Position numbers and translations under genes: made by a program. From positions 62,001-126,000 of IMG/VR virus record IMGVR_UViG_3300017917_003822: DNA of 64,000 nucleotides; one strand, written 5' to 3'. Below are positions 50,769 to 60,314 of the stretch, one piece after another (within the stretch, counting starts at the first letter, position 1; every line of letters begins with the position of its first letter). The notes under the pieces were generated by a model, which worked only from the letters and a program-made list of their open reading frames with translations, had not been told where the DNA came from and searched no databases.

Positions 50769-50776
50769 GATATATA
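50769..50776 (+). promoter_or_regulatory. Putative late promoter GATATATA
   Basis: 27 nt upstream of the ORF at 50796. Confidence 0.6.
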
Positions 50777-50795
50777 ATCTAAATAAAATAGTAAC

Positions 50796-51026
50796 ATGAA
50801 AAAATTTACAGACCTAAAACAATTAAATGAAATGAAATACGGTCAGCCACTTTATAGTGAAAAAGACCACATGAAAAACCTTTTGATCGCTGCATCAGGT
50901 AATGATCAGAGAGTTTTAAATGACATCGTGAATTGTTTAACCGATGCACAGATGAAGCAGTGCTATGATAAGCTTTCTAAAGCTTATGGTTACACTGGTA
51001 GTGTGGGCCAAAAAGTATCAGCATAA
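50796..51026 (+). CDS. Small protein with a capsid-targeting-like N-terminus
   Basis: Starts MKKFTDLKQLNE; preceded by GATATATA. Confidence 0.55.
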   Translation: MKKFTDLKQLNEMKYGQPLYSEKDHMKNLLIAASGNDQRVLNDIVNCLTDAQMKQCYDKLSKAYGYTGSVGQKVSA

Positions 51027-51056
51027 ATAAAGTCTAACCATTTAATCTAATTTTTA

Positions 51057-51764
51057 ATGAATTTAGTCGGCATAGACTTTTCTATAAACTCACCAGCATT
51101 TTGTTGTTTAAAGGATGGTAAATACACTTGGGGCTCTGTGACAAGATCTGATAGATCTTCGGAATCACTTTTGAAAAATTCAAAAAAACCATACTTTATA
51201 TTGGAACAAGATGACAATTTTGTTCTAAAGTTCGTAGATAAAAAAGATTTACCCGATGACTATTCGGGAAGGGAGAGAGCTAAAATTGGTTACTTCCTTG
51301 AAATAGTTAATGCTCTTTGGGATTCTATAATTGAAGTGATGGGGCACGATCCGTTCCATGTTGCCATGGAGGGTTTAAGCTTCTCGTCAAATGGAAATGC
51401 ACTTATTGATATTTCGATGGCAACTGGACTACTTAGGGAAAGAATAATTTCCGAGGTGGGTTCAGATTCTTTTCATGTATTTTCTCCAACCACCATTAAA
51501 AAATATGCGGTAAAGGGAAATGCAAAAAAGGATGAATTGTATCATGCTCTTTATAATTTTAAAGAAGATGAAACAAATTTGGAACATTTTGGTAAAATAT
51601 TAGAAACAAACAAAGAGGAGTGGATTACCCCAAGTAAGGTGGTAAATAAACCGATCGATGATATTGTGGACGCAACTTGGATTAATTTATATTTAAAGAA
51701 AGAATTAGGAGAATTTTATGGAATTAAAGGAAATCTTGAAGGAACATCTAAATCAGGCCTCTGA
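51057..51764 (+). CDS. RuvC-like (RNase H fold) nuclease / Holliday junction resolvase
   Basis: LVGIDFSINSPA, VAMEGLSF, SPTTIKK...GNAKK and DDIVDA motifs. Confidence 0.8.
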   Translation: MNLVGIDFSINSPAFCCLKDGKYTWGSVTRSDRSSESLLKNSKKPYFILEQDDNFVLKFVDKKDLPDDYSGRERAKIGYFLEIVNALWDSIIEVMGHDPFHVAMEGLSFSSNGNALIDISMATGLLRERIISEVGSDSFHVFSPTTIKKYAVKGNAKKDELYHALYNFKEDETNLEHFGKILETNKEEWITPSKVVNKPIDDIVDATWINLYLKKELGEFYGIKGNLEGTSKSGL

Positions 51765-52320
51765 CATTTTAAATGACTTCATTAACAACGACGAGTATCT
51801 AAGCTCGGTAGAGGAGGCTGCTCAGACTATAATCACAGCACTACAAAACGGTAATAAAATAATATCAGCAGGTAATGGCGGATCTATGTGTGACGCTATG
51901 CACTTTGCGGAAGAACTATCTGGCAGATGGAGGGAAGACAGAAAACCTCTGGCTGCCATTTCTGTATCAGATCCCTCCCATATAACTTGCGTTGGTAACG
52001 ATTACGGATTTGACCAGATTTTTTCCAGATATCTAGATGCTGTTGGGAACGAAGGTGATGTATTTTTTGGTATAACGACCTCAGGTAATTCTAATAATAT
52101 CACCCGAGCGCTGGTTACTGCCAAGCGTAAAGGTATGAGAACTGTCATACTCACATCAGACAGGCCTGAGAGCGACGTACGATTAAAATTTAATCATCTT
52201 ATTGATAATACCATACTAACACCAAGAAACAAATATGCGGACCGTACGCAAGAACTACATATCAAAATAATACATTCCCTGATTGATATGATAGAGCGAA
52301 AATTGGGATTGAAAAATTAA
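51718..52320 (+). CDS. gmhA: Phosphoheptose (sedoheptulose-7-phosphate) isomerase
   Basis: GNGGSMCDAMHFAEEL, SHITCVGNDYGF, TSGNS and ADRTQELHIKIIH. The catalytic His/Glu/Gln/His set is present. Confidence 0.93.
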   Translation: MELKEILKEHLNQASDILNDFINNDEYLSSVEEAAQTIITALQNGNKIISAGNGGSMCDAMHFAEELSGRWREDRKPLAAISVSDPSHITCVGNDYGFDQIFSRYLDAVGNEGDVFFGITTSGNSNNITRALVTAKRKGMRTVILTSDRPESDVRLKFNHLIDNTILTPRNKYADRTQELHIKIIHSLIDMIERKLGLKN

Positions 52321-52330
52321 AGTTAAAAAA

Positions 52331-52357
52331 GAAACAAAAAGAAAACAAAAAGTAAAA
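52331..52357 (+). promoter_or_regulatory. Putative early/middle promoter GAAAC-N17-TAAAA
   Basis: Upstream of the gp32-like gene; one mismatch to the other copies. Confidence 0.35.
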
Positions 52358-52380
52358 ATTAAAATTAAAAAAACAAAAAC

Positions 52381-53352
52381 ATGAGTAATTTAGACATCTT
52401 TAATCTAGACGCAGAAGCTTTCGTAACGAAAACAGCACAACAAGGCGAAAAAGACCTTGAATTTTACAAACCATATCCTGAAGATGGGAAGGATGGAGTT
52501 TACAAATCTTTAATCAGATTCGTACCGAATCCGGTAGATCCAGCTAAATCTAAAGTCCACAAATACTACGTGTATTTGAATGATCCGGTTAGCGGAAATG
52601 GATTTTCAGTAGACTGTCCGTCCACTGTAGGTAAGAAATCGGTTTTAAAGGATTTATTCTGGAAACTTAAGAATTCACATTCTGCAGCAGATCAGGAATT
52701 ATCTAAGAAATTTTCCAGAAAAGAGGATTTCTATTCATTAATTCAAGTTGTACAGGACAAGAACAAGCCTGAACTTGAAGGAAAAATTATGATCTTCAAA
52801 TTTGGTAAGAAAATAAATGACATGATCGAGGCACAATTACAGCCAGAATATGGTGACCCATGTAATCCTTTTGATCTTTTCGAAGGTAGAGAATTTGCAG
52901 TAAGCGTTAGAAAAGTTGGTGAGTGGAACAACTATGATCTTTGTTCATTCGTAGGTGAAAAGACTCCAATTAAAGTTAATGGGGTTCCTATGAAAAAGAC
53001 TCAGGAGGATATGAAAACGGTTCTTGATTATCTGAATGAGGGTCCTAAAAACCTAACAAGTTTCGACTATAAGGATTGGGATGATGAAATGACTGATAAA
53101 GTTATGAATGTAATCAGAAACACAGTTCCTGAACAAAGAGTGATCAATGAAATCATGGGTGGTGTGGCTTCTTCTAAATCAGCTCCATCTCCAGTAGCAA
53201 AGGAAACTTCTTCATCTGATATCTATAACGAGGTTTCTAATACTAAGGTTTCTGGACATACTGAAAGAGTAGAATCTCCAGTACAACAAGCTCCTAGTTC
53301 TTCTTCAACAAGTTCTCCGAATTCATTAGAGGATTTGTACGCTGATCTTTAA
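52381..53352 (+). CDS. Single-stranded DNA-binding protein (T4 gp32-like)
   Basis: LIRFVP, EGKIMIFKFGKKINDMI, NPFDLFEG, WNNYD and an acidic tail LEDLYADL. Confidence 0.9.
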   Translation: MSNLDIFNLDAEAFVTKTAQQGEKDLEFYKPYPEDGKDGVYKSLIRFVPNPVDPAKSKVHKYYVYLNDPVSGNGFSVDCPSTVGKKSVLKDLFWKLKNSHSAADQELSKKFSRKEDFYSLIQVVQDKNKPELEGKIMIFKFGKKINDMIEAQLQPEYGDPCNPFDLFEGREFAVSVRKVGEWNNYDLCSFVGEKTPIKVNGVPMKKTQEDMKTVLDYLNEGPKNLTSFDYKDWDDEMTDKVMNVIRNTVPEQRVINEIMGGVASSKSAPSPVAKETSSSDIYNEVSNTKVSGHTERVESPVQQAPSSSSTSSPNSLEDLYADL

Positions 53353-53369
53353 TAGATAATAAACTTAAT

Positions 53370-53402
53370 GGGGCGGTTCCTTAAGAAGGACTGCCCCTTT
53401 TT
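53370..53402 (+). terminator. Rho-independent terminator after the gp32-like gene
   Basis: GC-rich stem GGGGCGGTTCC...GGACTGCCCC followed by TTTTT. Confidence 0.8.
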
Positions 53403-53408
53403 ATTAAT

Positions 53409-54473
53409 ATGGAACTAGAAAAAATAGAGGATACAATAAGAACAATTCTTTCAAGAGAATTTAGCGATAATCCAGCTAAGCAAATCATATACAAAGCTGG
53501 GAATAGACTAAACTTCTCGTGTCCATATTGTGGGGATTCTCATGACGCTAGGAAGAAGAGAGGAAATTTCTACCTTGATACTCTGGGTTATAAGTGCTAT
53601 AATGGCGGATGTGGAATATTCAAGGATGTAATCACTTTTTTTAAGGATTTTTCCGTTTATGCCAAATTGAATGGAGACGAAAGAACCGAGATTAGAGGAA
53701 TCCTGGACGAGGGCAGAAATAAAAGGAGAAGCTCTTATGGAAAAATTGATATTAGCTATTTTTTTGATAATGACATAAGCGATGTTTTAATTGATAGATC
53801 CCAATTAATGGAAAAGCTTGGCCTGAGGGAAGTATACGGGTCTTCTATCCAGAGATATATCACCAGAAGAAACCAAAAATTGGATAAGAAATTTGCCTGG
53901 GATCCTAAGAGGGAAAAATTATTTCTGTTTAATCTAACTCCCGATGATAAAATATTGGGATTGCAGGTTAGAAATATGAATTCAATAAAGGGTTCCATGA
54001 AATATCTTACATACAAGCTTAGTGGTATATACGAGAAGCTTTTAAATGTGACAGATCCGCAACTACTGGAAAAAGCAAAATCGGTCGATCCAATATCGCA
54101 TGTTTTTGGTATAGGATCTTTGGATTTTTCCTCTGATATAACAGTATTTGAGGGTCCTATGGATTCTTGGTTTTGGAATAATTCCGTTGGGTTATGTTCT
54201 CTTGAAAATAAGTTCCCATTCGACGTGGATAATGTTAGATATTGGTATGATTGGGATAAGTCGGGGATAGAGAAATCAATGGATCTTTTAAGTAGAGGTG
54301 AAACGGTTTTCAATTGGGGTAAGTTTCTGGAAGAGAATGGAATATCAAAGAATAGGAAATGGGATTTAAATGATCTGGTGGTTCATTTGAGATCAACCGG
54401 AAAAAAGATTAAGAGATTGGATAATTATTTCACTAACGATGTACTCGACCTTAGATATTTTATTAACGAATAA
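53409..54473 (+). CDS. DNA primase (T4 gp61-like)
   Basis: Zn finger NFSCPYCGDS...YKCYNGGC; TOPRIM motifs VFEGPMDS, YDWD and DLND. Confidence 0.9.
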   Translation: MELEKIEDTIRTILSREFSDNPAKQIIYKAGNRLNFSCPYCGDSHDARKKRGNFYLDTLGYKCYNGGCGIFKDVITFFKDFSVYAKLNGDERTEIRGILDEGRNKRRSSYGKIDISYFFDNDISDVLIDRSQLMEKLGLREVYGSSIQRYITRRNQKLDKKFAWDPKREKLFLFNLTPDDKILGLQVRNMNSIKGSMKYLTYKLSGIYEKLLNVTDPQLLEKAKSVDPISHVFGIGSLDFSSDITVFEGPMDSWFWNNSVGLCSLENKFPFDVDNVRYWYDWDKSGIEKSMDLLSRGETVFNWGKFLEENGISKNRKWDLNDLVVHLRSTGKKIKRLDNYFTNDVLDLRYFINE

Positions 54474-54480
54474 GAGAGAA

Positions 54481-54717
54481 ATGGAATCCGATTTAATGAA
54501 CGAGTGGGAATCTGAATTGGAAAAGTTGGGAAAACCTAAACTTAAATTTCCTTTGAAGGTCATAGAGTCAGATCTGGATAAGATTGATTTAAATTTCAAG
54601 GACCCCTCAGTATCGGAACCAAGGAAAAAAGAGATCAAAAATCCACAGGAGGTTAAAGTTGTAGATCTCGCAAAGAAAAGAAACACTAATAAAAAAGATA
54701 AAACAAAACTATTTTAA
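54481..54717 (+). CDS. Hypothetical charged protein
   Basis: Likely starts at ATG 54481, just after the primase stop; abuts the next gene. Confidence 0.55.
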   Translation: MESDLMNEWESELEKLGKPKLKFPLKVIESDLDKIDLNFKDPSVSEPRKKEIKNPQEVKVVDLAKKRNTNKKDKTKLF

Positions 54718-55164
54718 ATGTCAACAGGAGAAAGAGCAGATTTTAATAAGATATTCGAACAAGAAAGATTCGAATGGAAGGAGAAGATACAGACACTATC
54801 ACTCCAGATGAAAGATATAAAAACATTGGCTAAAGCTCAGGTTGATCTTTTTAGTCAGCGTCAGGTTCTTTTGGAGTACAGTTATAAACTTGCTTCGATT
54901 ATATCCAAATTAAGCTCTAAATACAGATCGGAAAAAGCTAAGAAGCTTAAGGATTATTCGGAGAATAATGATGTTAGATACGGATCCAATGAGAAAACAG
55001 TTTTAATTGAGGGTGACTTAACCGAGATATCCGAGAAGATAGAATTGGTAGAAAGTCATAGAAAATTCATAGATCAGACTATACAAACTGTCGACCATAT
55101 GCTATATGGGGTGAAAAGTAGAATAGCATTAGAGGATTATTTAAGAGGATCCACAGTAAAATAA
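54718..55164 (+). CDS. Recombination mediator (UvsY-like)
   Basis: 148-aa helical protein directly upstream of UvsW, as in T4-like phages. Confidence 0.6.
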   Translation: MSTGERADFNKIFEQERFEWKEKIQTLSLQMKDIKTLAKAQVDLFSQRQVLLEYSYKLASIISKLSSKYRSEKAKKLKDYSENNDVRYGSNEKTVLIEGDLTEISEKIELVESHRKFIDQTIQTVDHMLYGVKSRIALEDYLRGSTVK

Positions 55165-55176
55165 ATATGTAATTAG

Positions 55177-56727
55177 ATGTTAAAATTTCAAGTTTCCGAA
55201 GATCAGCAGTGGATGATTTTGGTAGAATCTCCGGATGAGGTTGAGAAAAAACAAATTGATATTTCTCTAACTAAAAAAATCCACAACTTTTATTTTCATC
55301 CTCTCGTAAAAAAGAAGATATGGGATGGAAGTATCTGCTTTATAGAGAAGAAGGGTGGATTTTGGAAAGTTCCAATAGGTCTTTGGAGAGAGCTATTACA
55401 GATAGGGGAAGAGTACAACATAGAAATAGAAATAGTTGGCCTGGATAAGATAATTCTAAAAAGTCCAACTCTGGAGGAGTTTACTGAGTGGGTCAACGAT
55501 TTTTTTAAGGACGGTATTCTGGGTGATCCTAATAAAAAACCTAGAGATTATCAAATAGAAACAGCATGGAAGTTGATAAAGTATCGATATTCTGTTTCTG
55601 AAGTTGCAACATCTTCAGGTAAGACCTTAATCTCATTTATGATATTTGCATATTTGAAATCTAAGGGTCTCATAAGAAAATTTTTGATGATTGTACCCAA
55701 TACAAACTTAGTTTTCCAGGGCAGTGAGGATTTTATAGATTATGGACTGGATAGCCTGGGTGTTAAAATACAACAAATTGGAGGGGGAAGTAAGCTAAGA
55801 GATGGATGTGATATTATTATGGGTACCTTCCAGTCTCTTGTAAAACAAGGACCTGAATTTTTTGAGGAGATAGATTGTGTTTTCGTCGATGAGGCACACC
55901 ACACCAACAGCATGTCGATTAAAAAAATAGTTGCTCAGTGTATGCACTCCAAATGGAGATTTGGTTTAACTGGAACTCTGACTAAAAGAGGAACTGCTGA
56001 TTATTTAACAGTTCAGCAATTTCTTGGACCTCTAGTTGTTGAAATCCCGCCAAGTTTCCTTTTCGATAACAACTATGCAACTCCTGTTTCGATAAAGGTT
56101 GTTATAATGGATTGGTTGGAACCTGAATATAAGGAGAAGCTAGCAGAACTAAAACAAAACAACAAAGGCTCTGATAATAAGATAGAGGGTAACGAATTTT
56201 ATAACATAGAGAGAAAACTTGTTATCGAAAGCAAAAAAAGACTAAATTACGTTGTTGATTTTATAAATAAAACATCCAAGAATTCACTGGTTCTTTTCCA
56301 GTCAGTTAAGGATGAATACGGAAAGCAAATATGGAATTCATTAAGAGAAAAAAGCTCAGACAAGGAAGTTTTTTATGTTGACGGTGACACATCGGAAGCT
56401 CTGAGAGAGGAATATAAAACAAGGATGTCTAGTGGATCAAACAAAATACTTATAGCAACATACGGTACATTTTCTACCGGTATATCCATAAACAATCTGC
56501 ATAATATTTTTCTTGTTGAATCTTATAAGAGTGAAGTCCTAATTAAACAGAGTCTTGGTAGAGGTATGCGTAAAATGGACGGAAAGGAAAGGGTAAATGT
56601 AATAGATTTTGTTGATGACTTTAGTACGAAGGGATATCAAAATTATCTGATGCAACATGGTGATGCAAGAATACAGATCTATAGAAAGGAGTGTTTTGAT
56701 TATAAGATATTTAATGTCAAACTTTAA
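55177..56727 (+). CDS. uvsW: SF2 DNA helicase (UvsW-like)
   Basis: PRDYQ, ATSSGKT, VDEAH, FGLTGT, ATYGTFSTGI and QSLGRGMR motifs. Confidence 0.92.
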   Translation: MLKFQVSEDQQWMILVESPDEVEKKQIDISLTKKIHNFYFHPLVKKKIWDGSICFIEKKGGFWKVPIGLWRELLQIGEEYNIEIEIVGLDKIILKSPTLEEFTEWVNDFFKDGILGDPNKKPRDYQIETAWKLIKYRYSVSEVATSSGKTLISFMIFAYLKSKGLIRKFLMIVPNTNLVFQGSEDFIDYGLDSLGVKIQQIGGGSKLRDGCDIIMGTFQSLVKQGPEFFEEIDCVFVDEAHHTNSMSIKKIVAQCMHSKWRFGLTGTLTKRGTADYLTVQQFLGPLVVEIPPSFLFDNNYATPVSIKVVIMDWLEPEYKEKLAELKQNNKGSDNKIEGNEFYNIERKLVIESKKRLNYVVDFINKTSKNSLVLFQSVKDEYGKQIWNSLREKSSDKEVFYVDGDTSEALREEYKTRMSSGSNKILIATYGTFSTGISINNLHNIFLVESYKSEVLIKQSLGRGMRKMDGKERVNVIDFVDDFSTKGYQNYLMQHGDARIQIYRKECFDYKIFNVKL

Positions 56728-56737
56728 TTTTAATAAG

Positions 56738-56745
56738 GATATATA
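56738..56745 (+). promoter_or_regulatory. Putative late promoter GATATATA
   Basis: 26 nt upstream of the cassette of capsid-targeted proteins. Confidence 0.6.
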
Positions 56746-56763
56746 GAAAAATATGTTTTTATT

Positions 56764-57291
56764 ATGAATATTAAATCTTTCGATGATTTTATAGCCGAAA
56801 ATGAAGTTTATGGTGCTACAGGAAAAACTAAGTTCAGTTCATGGCTTAGAAACGTGAATGCCAGAGTTAAAGACTCGATGGGTGATTCATACTATTCTAG
56901 ATATTACGACGATCATAATGATCCTCATAAGACATCCAAAACTTTGGCTCAACTAATACCTGGAGCTATCCGACTTGTTACTGGTGCTGCTGCGGCAGTT
57001 TCTGATTTTTTCTTTAAAGGAGATAATAAAGAAAGCTTTTCTAAATTATCACGAGAAGATCTAAAATTAAGAAAAAAGGAAGTTGTTGATAAATGGGAGA
57101 GTGAAAATTTGGCATCGAAGAAAGTAACTGAGGAAGATGCTGAAAGATTCTATAAATCTGGAATATTGAGAGGTAAAAAATATTTCGGTAATGAGTATAA
57201 CCCAGCAAATCCTAAGAATAAGGACGAGGAAATGTATACCGATTATATTAATGATGTGATGGAGAGATACCACAAAAAATTAAAATCGTAA
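56764..57291 (+). CDS. Hypothetical protein with a capsid-targeting-like N-terminus
   Basis: Starts MNIKSFDDFIAENE; preceded by GATATATA. Confidence 0.6.
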   Translation: MNIKSFDDFIAENEVYGATGKTKFSSWLRNVNARVKDSMGDSYYSRYYDDHNDPHKTSKTLAQLIPGAIRLVTGAAAAVSDFFFKGDNKESFSKLSREDLKLRKKEVVDKWESENLASKKVTEEDAERFYKSGILRGKKYFGNEYNPANPKNKDEEMYTDYINDVMERYHKKLKS

Positions 57292-58226
57292 TGAATTTCG
57301 GTAAGGCTTTAAGATTTTCTGAATTTGTTCAATTGAATGAGGGTGGGGCTGCTATAAAAAGTTCTAGAAGAATCCGCGAAGACGAATTTCCGGGTACTCT
57401 TGACAACATAAAACAAAATCTTTTCCCTATTCTATCTATAGATCCGGTCAAACAAAACGATCAATATATCATAATAGGAAGCATAGGTAAAAAGAAAAAT
57501 CCGGATGATACTTCAGGGGATCTTGATTTGGGTTATGATAGTTCATGGTTTTCCAGAACCCATAATATCCCAGTAAAGGAGTCATCGTCATTTGTTTATA
57601 ATTTACTCTCTGAAAAGTTACCGGAGGTTCTTGGATTTAATCCCGAGATCAATTTTATGAAGGGATTAAATATAGTTAGTGTTGGTTGGCCTATTAAGGG
57701 GGATGTTAATAATGGGATAGTACAGTTAGATCTTATTCCAATATCAAGTATGGATTGGGCGGAGTTCATATATTATTCACCCAATTATAAAATAGGGGAA
57801 AGTAAATATAAATCTGCTCATAGAAACTGGCTTTTAGCTGCTATATTGGCATCAAGGAAAGAAATAATAGGCAATGATGATAATGGTGAAATTATGGACT
57901 ATAACTCTCCTGTATTGATTCTAAGTGATGGGTTATTTTGGCACACCAAATCTTATCGTGGAAAATTAAAAGATAGGCTTAAAAATCCAAAAAAAGTAGA
58001 GGGTAGCGAGAGATTTATTACTAGAGATCCACAGGAATTTATCGATTTTGCACTAGGAACTGGTTACAGTTTGAATGACGTCAAAACTTTTGAATCTCTA
58101 TTAAATATTATAAATTCTCCGGATTTTGAATTGAAAGAAAAATTACCAGAGATTAAGAGTAAATTTATAGAGTATCTAACTAGAGCTAATTTGGAGATAC
58201 CGGCCGAAATAAATCAAATACCTTAA
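57291..58226 (+). CDS. Pol-beta-superfamily nucleotidyltransferase
   Basis: IGSIGKK...SGDLDLG (GS..DxD) plus a third Asp in VQLDLI; N-terminal RFSEFVQLNE-GG. Confidence 0.7.
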   Translation: MNFGKALRFSEFVQLNEGGAAIKSSRRIREDEFPGTLDNIKQNLFPILSIDPVKQNDQYIIIGSIGKKKNPDDTSGDLDLGYDSSWFSRTHNIPVKESSSFVYNLLSEKLPEVLGFNPEINFMKGLNIVSVGWPIKGDVNNGIVQLDLIPISSMDWAEFIYYSPNYKIGESKYKSAHRNWLLAAILASRKEIIGNDDNGEIMDYNSPVLILSDGLFWHTKSYRGKLKDRLKNPKKVEGSERFITRDPQEFIDFALGTGYSLNDVKTFESLLNIINSPDFELKEKLPEIKSKFIEYLTRANLEIPAEINQIP

Positions 58227-58252
58227 AGTATAAAACAGTAAAGAATTTAGAC

Positions 58253-60313
58253 ATGTCAGGAATAAGTCATCTATATGATATCTATAATAAGAAGGGTAAA
58301 GAGTTTATTGATAATCTCTTCAATTCTTATGTGACCGTTAATGAAAAAATGGACGGATCAGCCTTTGTTTTCGAAAGAGATTTAGAAACTGGTAGATTTA
58401 TCTTTTATAAAAGGGACCAAAGAAACCCAATTACGTTGGTGGATAGGACCTTAATGAAATACTATGAAATTCCTATTCAGTACATAGAATCTTTACCTCC
58501 TCATATTATAAAGGAGATCCCGAGAGGTTGGAAATTTGGATTAGAGTATTTTGCAAATTTAAAGCCTGTTGAGATAGCATATGATAGATTACCAAAAAAT
58601 AATCTGATCTTATCTTACGTTCATCCAAAAGACGAGAACGGAAAACAAACAACGATACAAAACAAGGAAAAACTGGACACTTGGGCAGATTTGATTGGTG
58701 TGGAAAGACCTCCGATAGTTTTTCAGGGGTATCTTTCGGACGAACAGAAAGACAAGATTTTAGACTTTTTAAGAACCCCTTTTGATCAACTTGTCACAGA
58801 ATACAGAACAAAAAGTTTTGTTAGGTACATTATAGGTGTTCTGAACCCAGAAGCCAAGAATAGTGCTTTAAATAAAGATCTGGATAAACCCATTGAGGGA
58901 ATAGTATTTAGATTTGGTGAGGAGAATAACGAATCTGAGCCTATTCTTTCTAAAATGGTCGATCCGGTCTTTACTGAAATGGCTAAGGAAAAGTACAAGA
59001 AGAAAACTGAGGAAAAACCTAGTGATTTCTTGGGGATAACCATACTGGATGTGATGAATTTTATACTGGAGAGAGGAGTGGAAAGCTTCAATATCAGTGG
59101 AGACAGCGACGATGAGAGATACATCTCGTTTATATCTGACGTATTTTCAAAATTCCTAGATGAGTATGGGTACAAATATAAGGGTGCTGACTTTCAGGAA
59201 CCTGAATATCTTAAAAAGGATGAATTTAGATTAAATAGACCACTAATAAAAGACAAGAGAGTCCTTAGTTATCTTGAATCTGACGATTCCTACGAATCTT
59301 TGTTTAAGTTAATATTAAATTCCTTCAGAAAAATTAAAAAAAGAGCTGGTGGAATAATAACATCAGGAATAATAGATCAGTTTAATTTACTGGTTAAAGA
59401 TATACAGGGAGCAGTTTCTAGTAAATCTACACCAAAAATACAGGAATCACAGGTTCCTTCATTTCTGGACTTTAAGAAAAATAATCTCTCACTTAGAAAT
59501 ATTGACTATACAACATCAGAGAGTGAGGAATCTGATAAATCTGGTGATGAATTTGATCATTTCTATTCATATAACGAATTTATCTCTGCCTTAGAAACTC
59601 TTGACACTCAGGAAAAACCGAGCGAGATAGTGACGGAGGTCGAGGAGAATTTGGAAGAAAATAAAAAAAGTGAACTTCAGCCTGTTAATCTTCTCGTTGG
59701 TAGATTCCAGCCCTTCCATAACGGTCACCTCAAGATGATTAAAAAGATGGAGGAGGAAAATGAACTTCCTAGCATTATAGCGGTAGTCCATCCGGGTCAT
59801 AATAAATCTGGCAAAACACCATTTGACGTGGATCTAGTTTCTAAATATATGGAGACACTTGTTAGAGATAACCCAGGAAAGATATTGGGATATTTTATTG
59901 TCAATCGAGGGTTGCTTGGTGTAATATACGGAAAGGCCAAAGAACTTGGATACCTTGTTAAAGCTATTGCTGCTGGGGATGATCGTGTTGACGATTATAA
60001 TAAACAAGTGGAATATCTTAAAAAAGCTGGTGGCGATTTTCCGGAGGACATTAAAATAATCCAAACACAAAGATCAGGTAGCGGAACTGATGTGAGAGAT
60101 AAAATCGAAAGTGAAGATTTTGTTGCTTTTAAAAAAATGGTTCCCCCTGCTATATCCTCGTTTTATGAACAGCTGGTTTCTGCACAGAAGGGAAGAAGCA
60201 TCAAGGAATCCTCTGAGACTATCTATTACCTAAATGAATTCGGTGACGAGAAAACTCTGGAAGAAGTTCAGAACGAAATAAAAGAAAAAGAAATTAAAAA
60301 TAAGGAAGAATAA
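58253..60313 (+). CDS. Fusion of an ATP-dependent ligase-type NTase and a HIGH-motif cytidylyltransferase/NMNAT-like domain
   Basis: N-terminal motifs I (NEKMDGS), III (GLEYF), IV (IEGIVF) and V (SKMVD). C-terminal VGRFQPFHNGH...AGDDR...SGTDVR. Confidence 0.75.
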   Translation: MSGISHLYDIYNKKGKEFIDNLFNSYVTVNEKMDGSAFVFERDLETGRFIFYKRDQRNPITLVDRTLMKYYEIPIQYIESLPPHIIKEIPRGWKFGLEYFANLKPVEIAYDRLPKNNLILSYVHPKDENGKQTTIQNKEKLDTWADLIGVERPPIVFQGYLSDEQKDKILDFLRTPFDQLVTEYRTKSFVRYIIGVLNPEAKNSALNKDLDKPIEGIVFRFGEENNESEPILSKMVDPVFTEMAKEKYKKKTEEKPSDFLGITILDVMNFILERGVESFNISGDSDDERYISFISDVFSKFLDEYGYKYKGADFQEPEYLKKDEFRLNRPLIKDKRVLSYLESDDSYESLFKLILNSFRKIKKRAGGIITSGIIDQFNLLVKDIQGAVSSKSTPKIQESQVPSFLDFKKNNLSLRNIDYTTSESEESDKSGDEFDHFYSYNEFISALETLDTQEKPSEIVTEVEENLEENKKSELQPVNLLVGRFQPFHNGHLKMIKKMEEENELPSIIAVVHPGHNKSGKTPFDVDLVSKYMETLVRDNPGKILGYFIVNRGLLGVIYGKAKELGYLVKAIAAGDDRVDDYNKQVEYLKKAGGDFPEDIKIIQTQRSGSGTDVRDKIESEDFVAFKKMVPPAISSFYEQLVSAQKGRSIKESSETIYYLNEFGDEKTLEEVQNEIKEKEIKNKEE

Positions 60314-60314
60314 G

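Noticed and set aside
51057-51764. RuvC-like ORF as a transposase, TnpB or Cas nuclease
   Set aside because: It is short and stand-alone, with no Zn ribbon, terminal repeats or array, and it sits in a resolvase-type context.
51718-52320. DiaA (replication initiation factor) instead of GmhA, given the replication context
   Set aside because: It retains HFAEEL and QELH..IH, the catalytic residues of GmhA.
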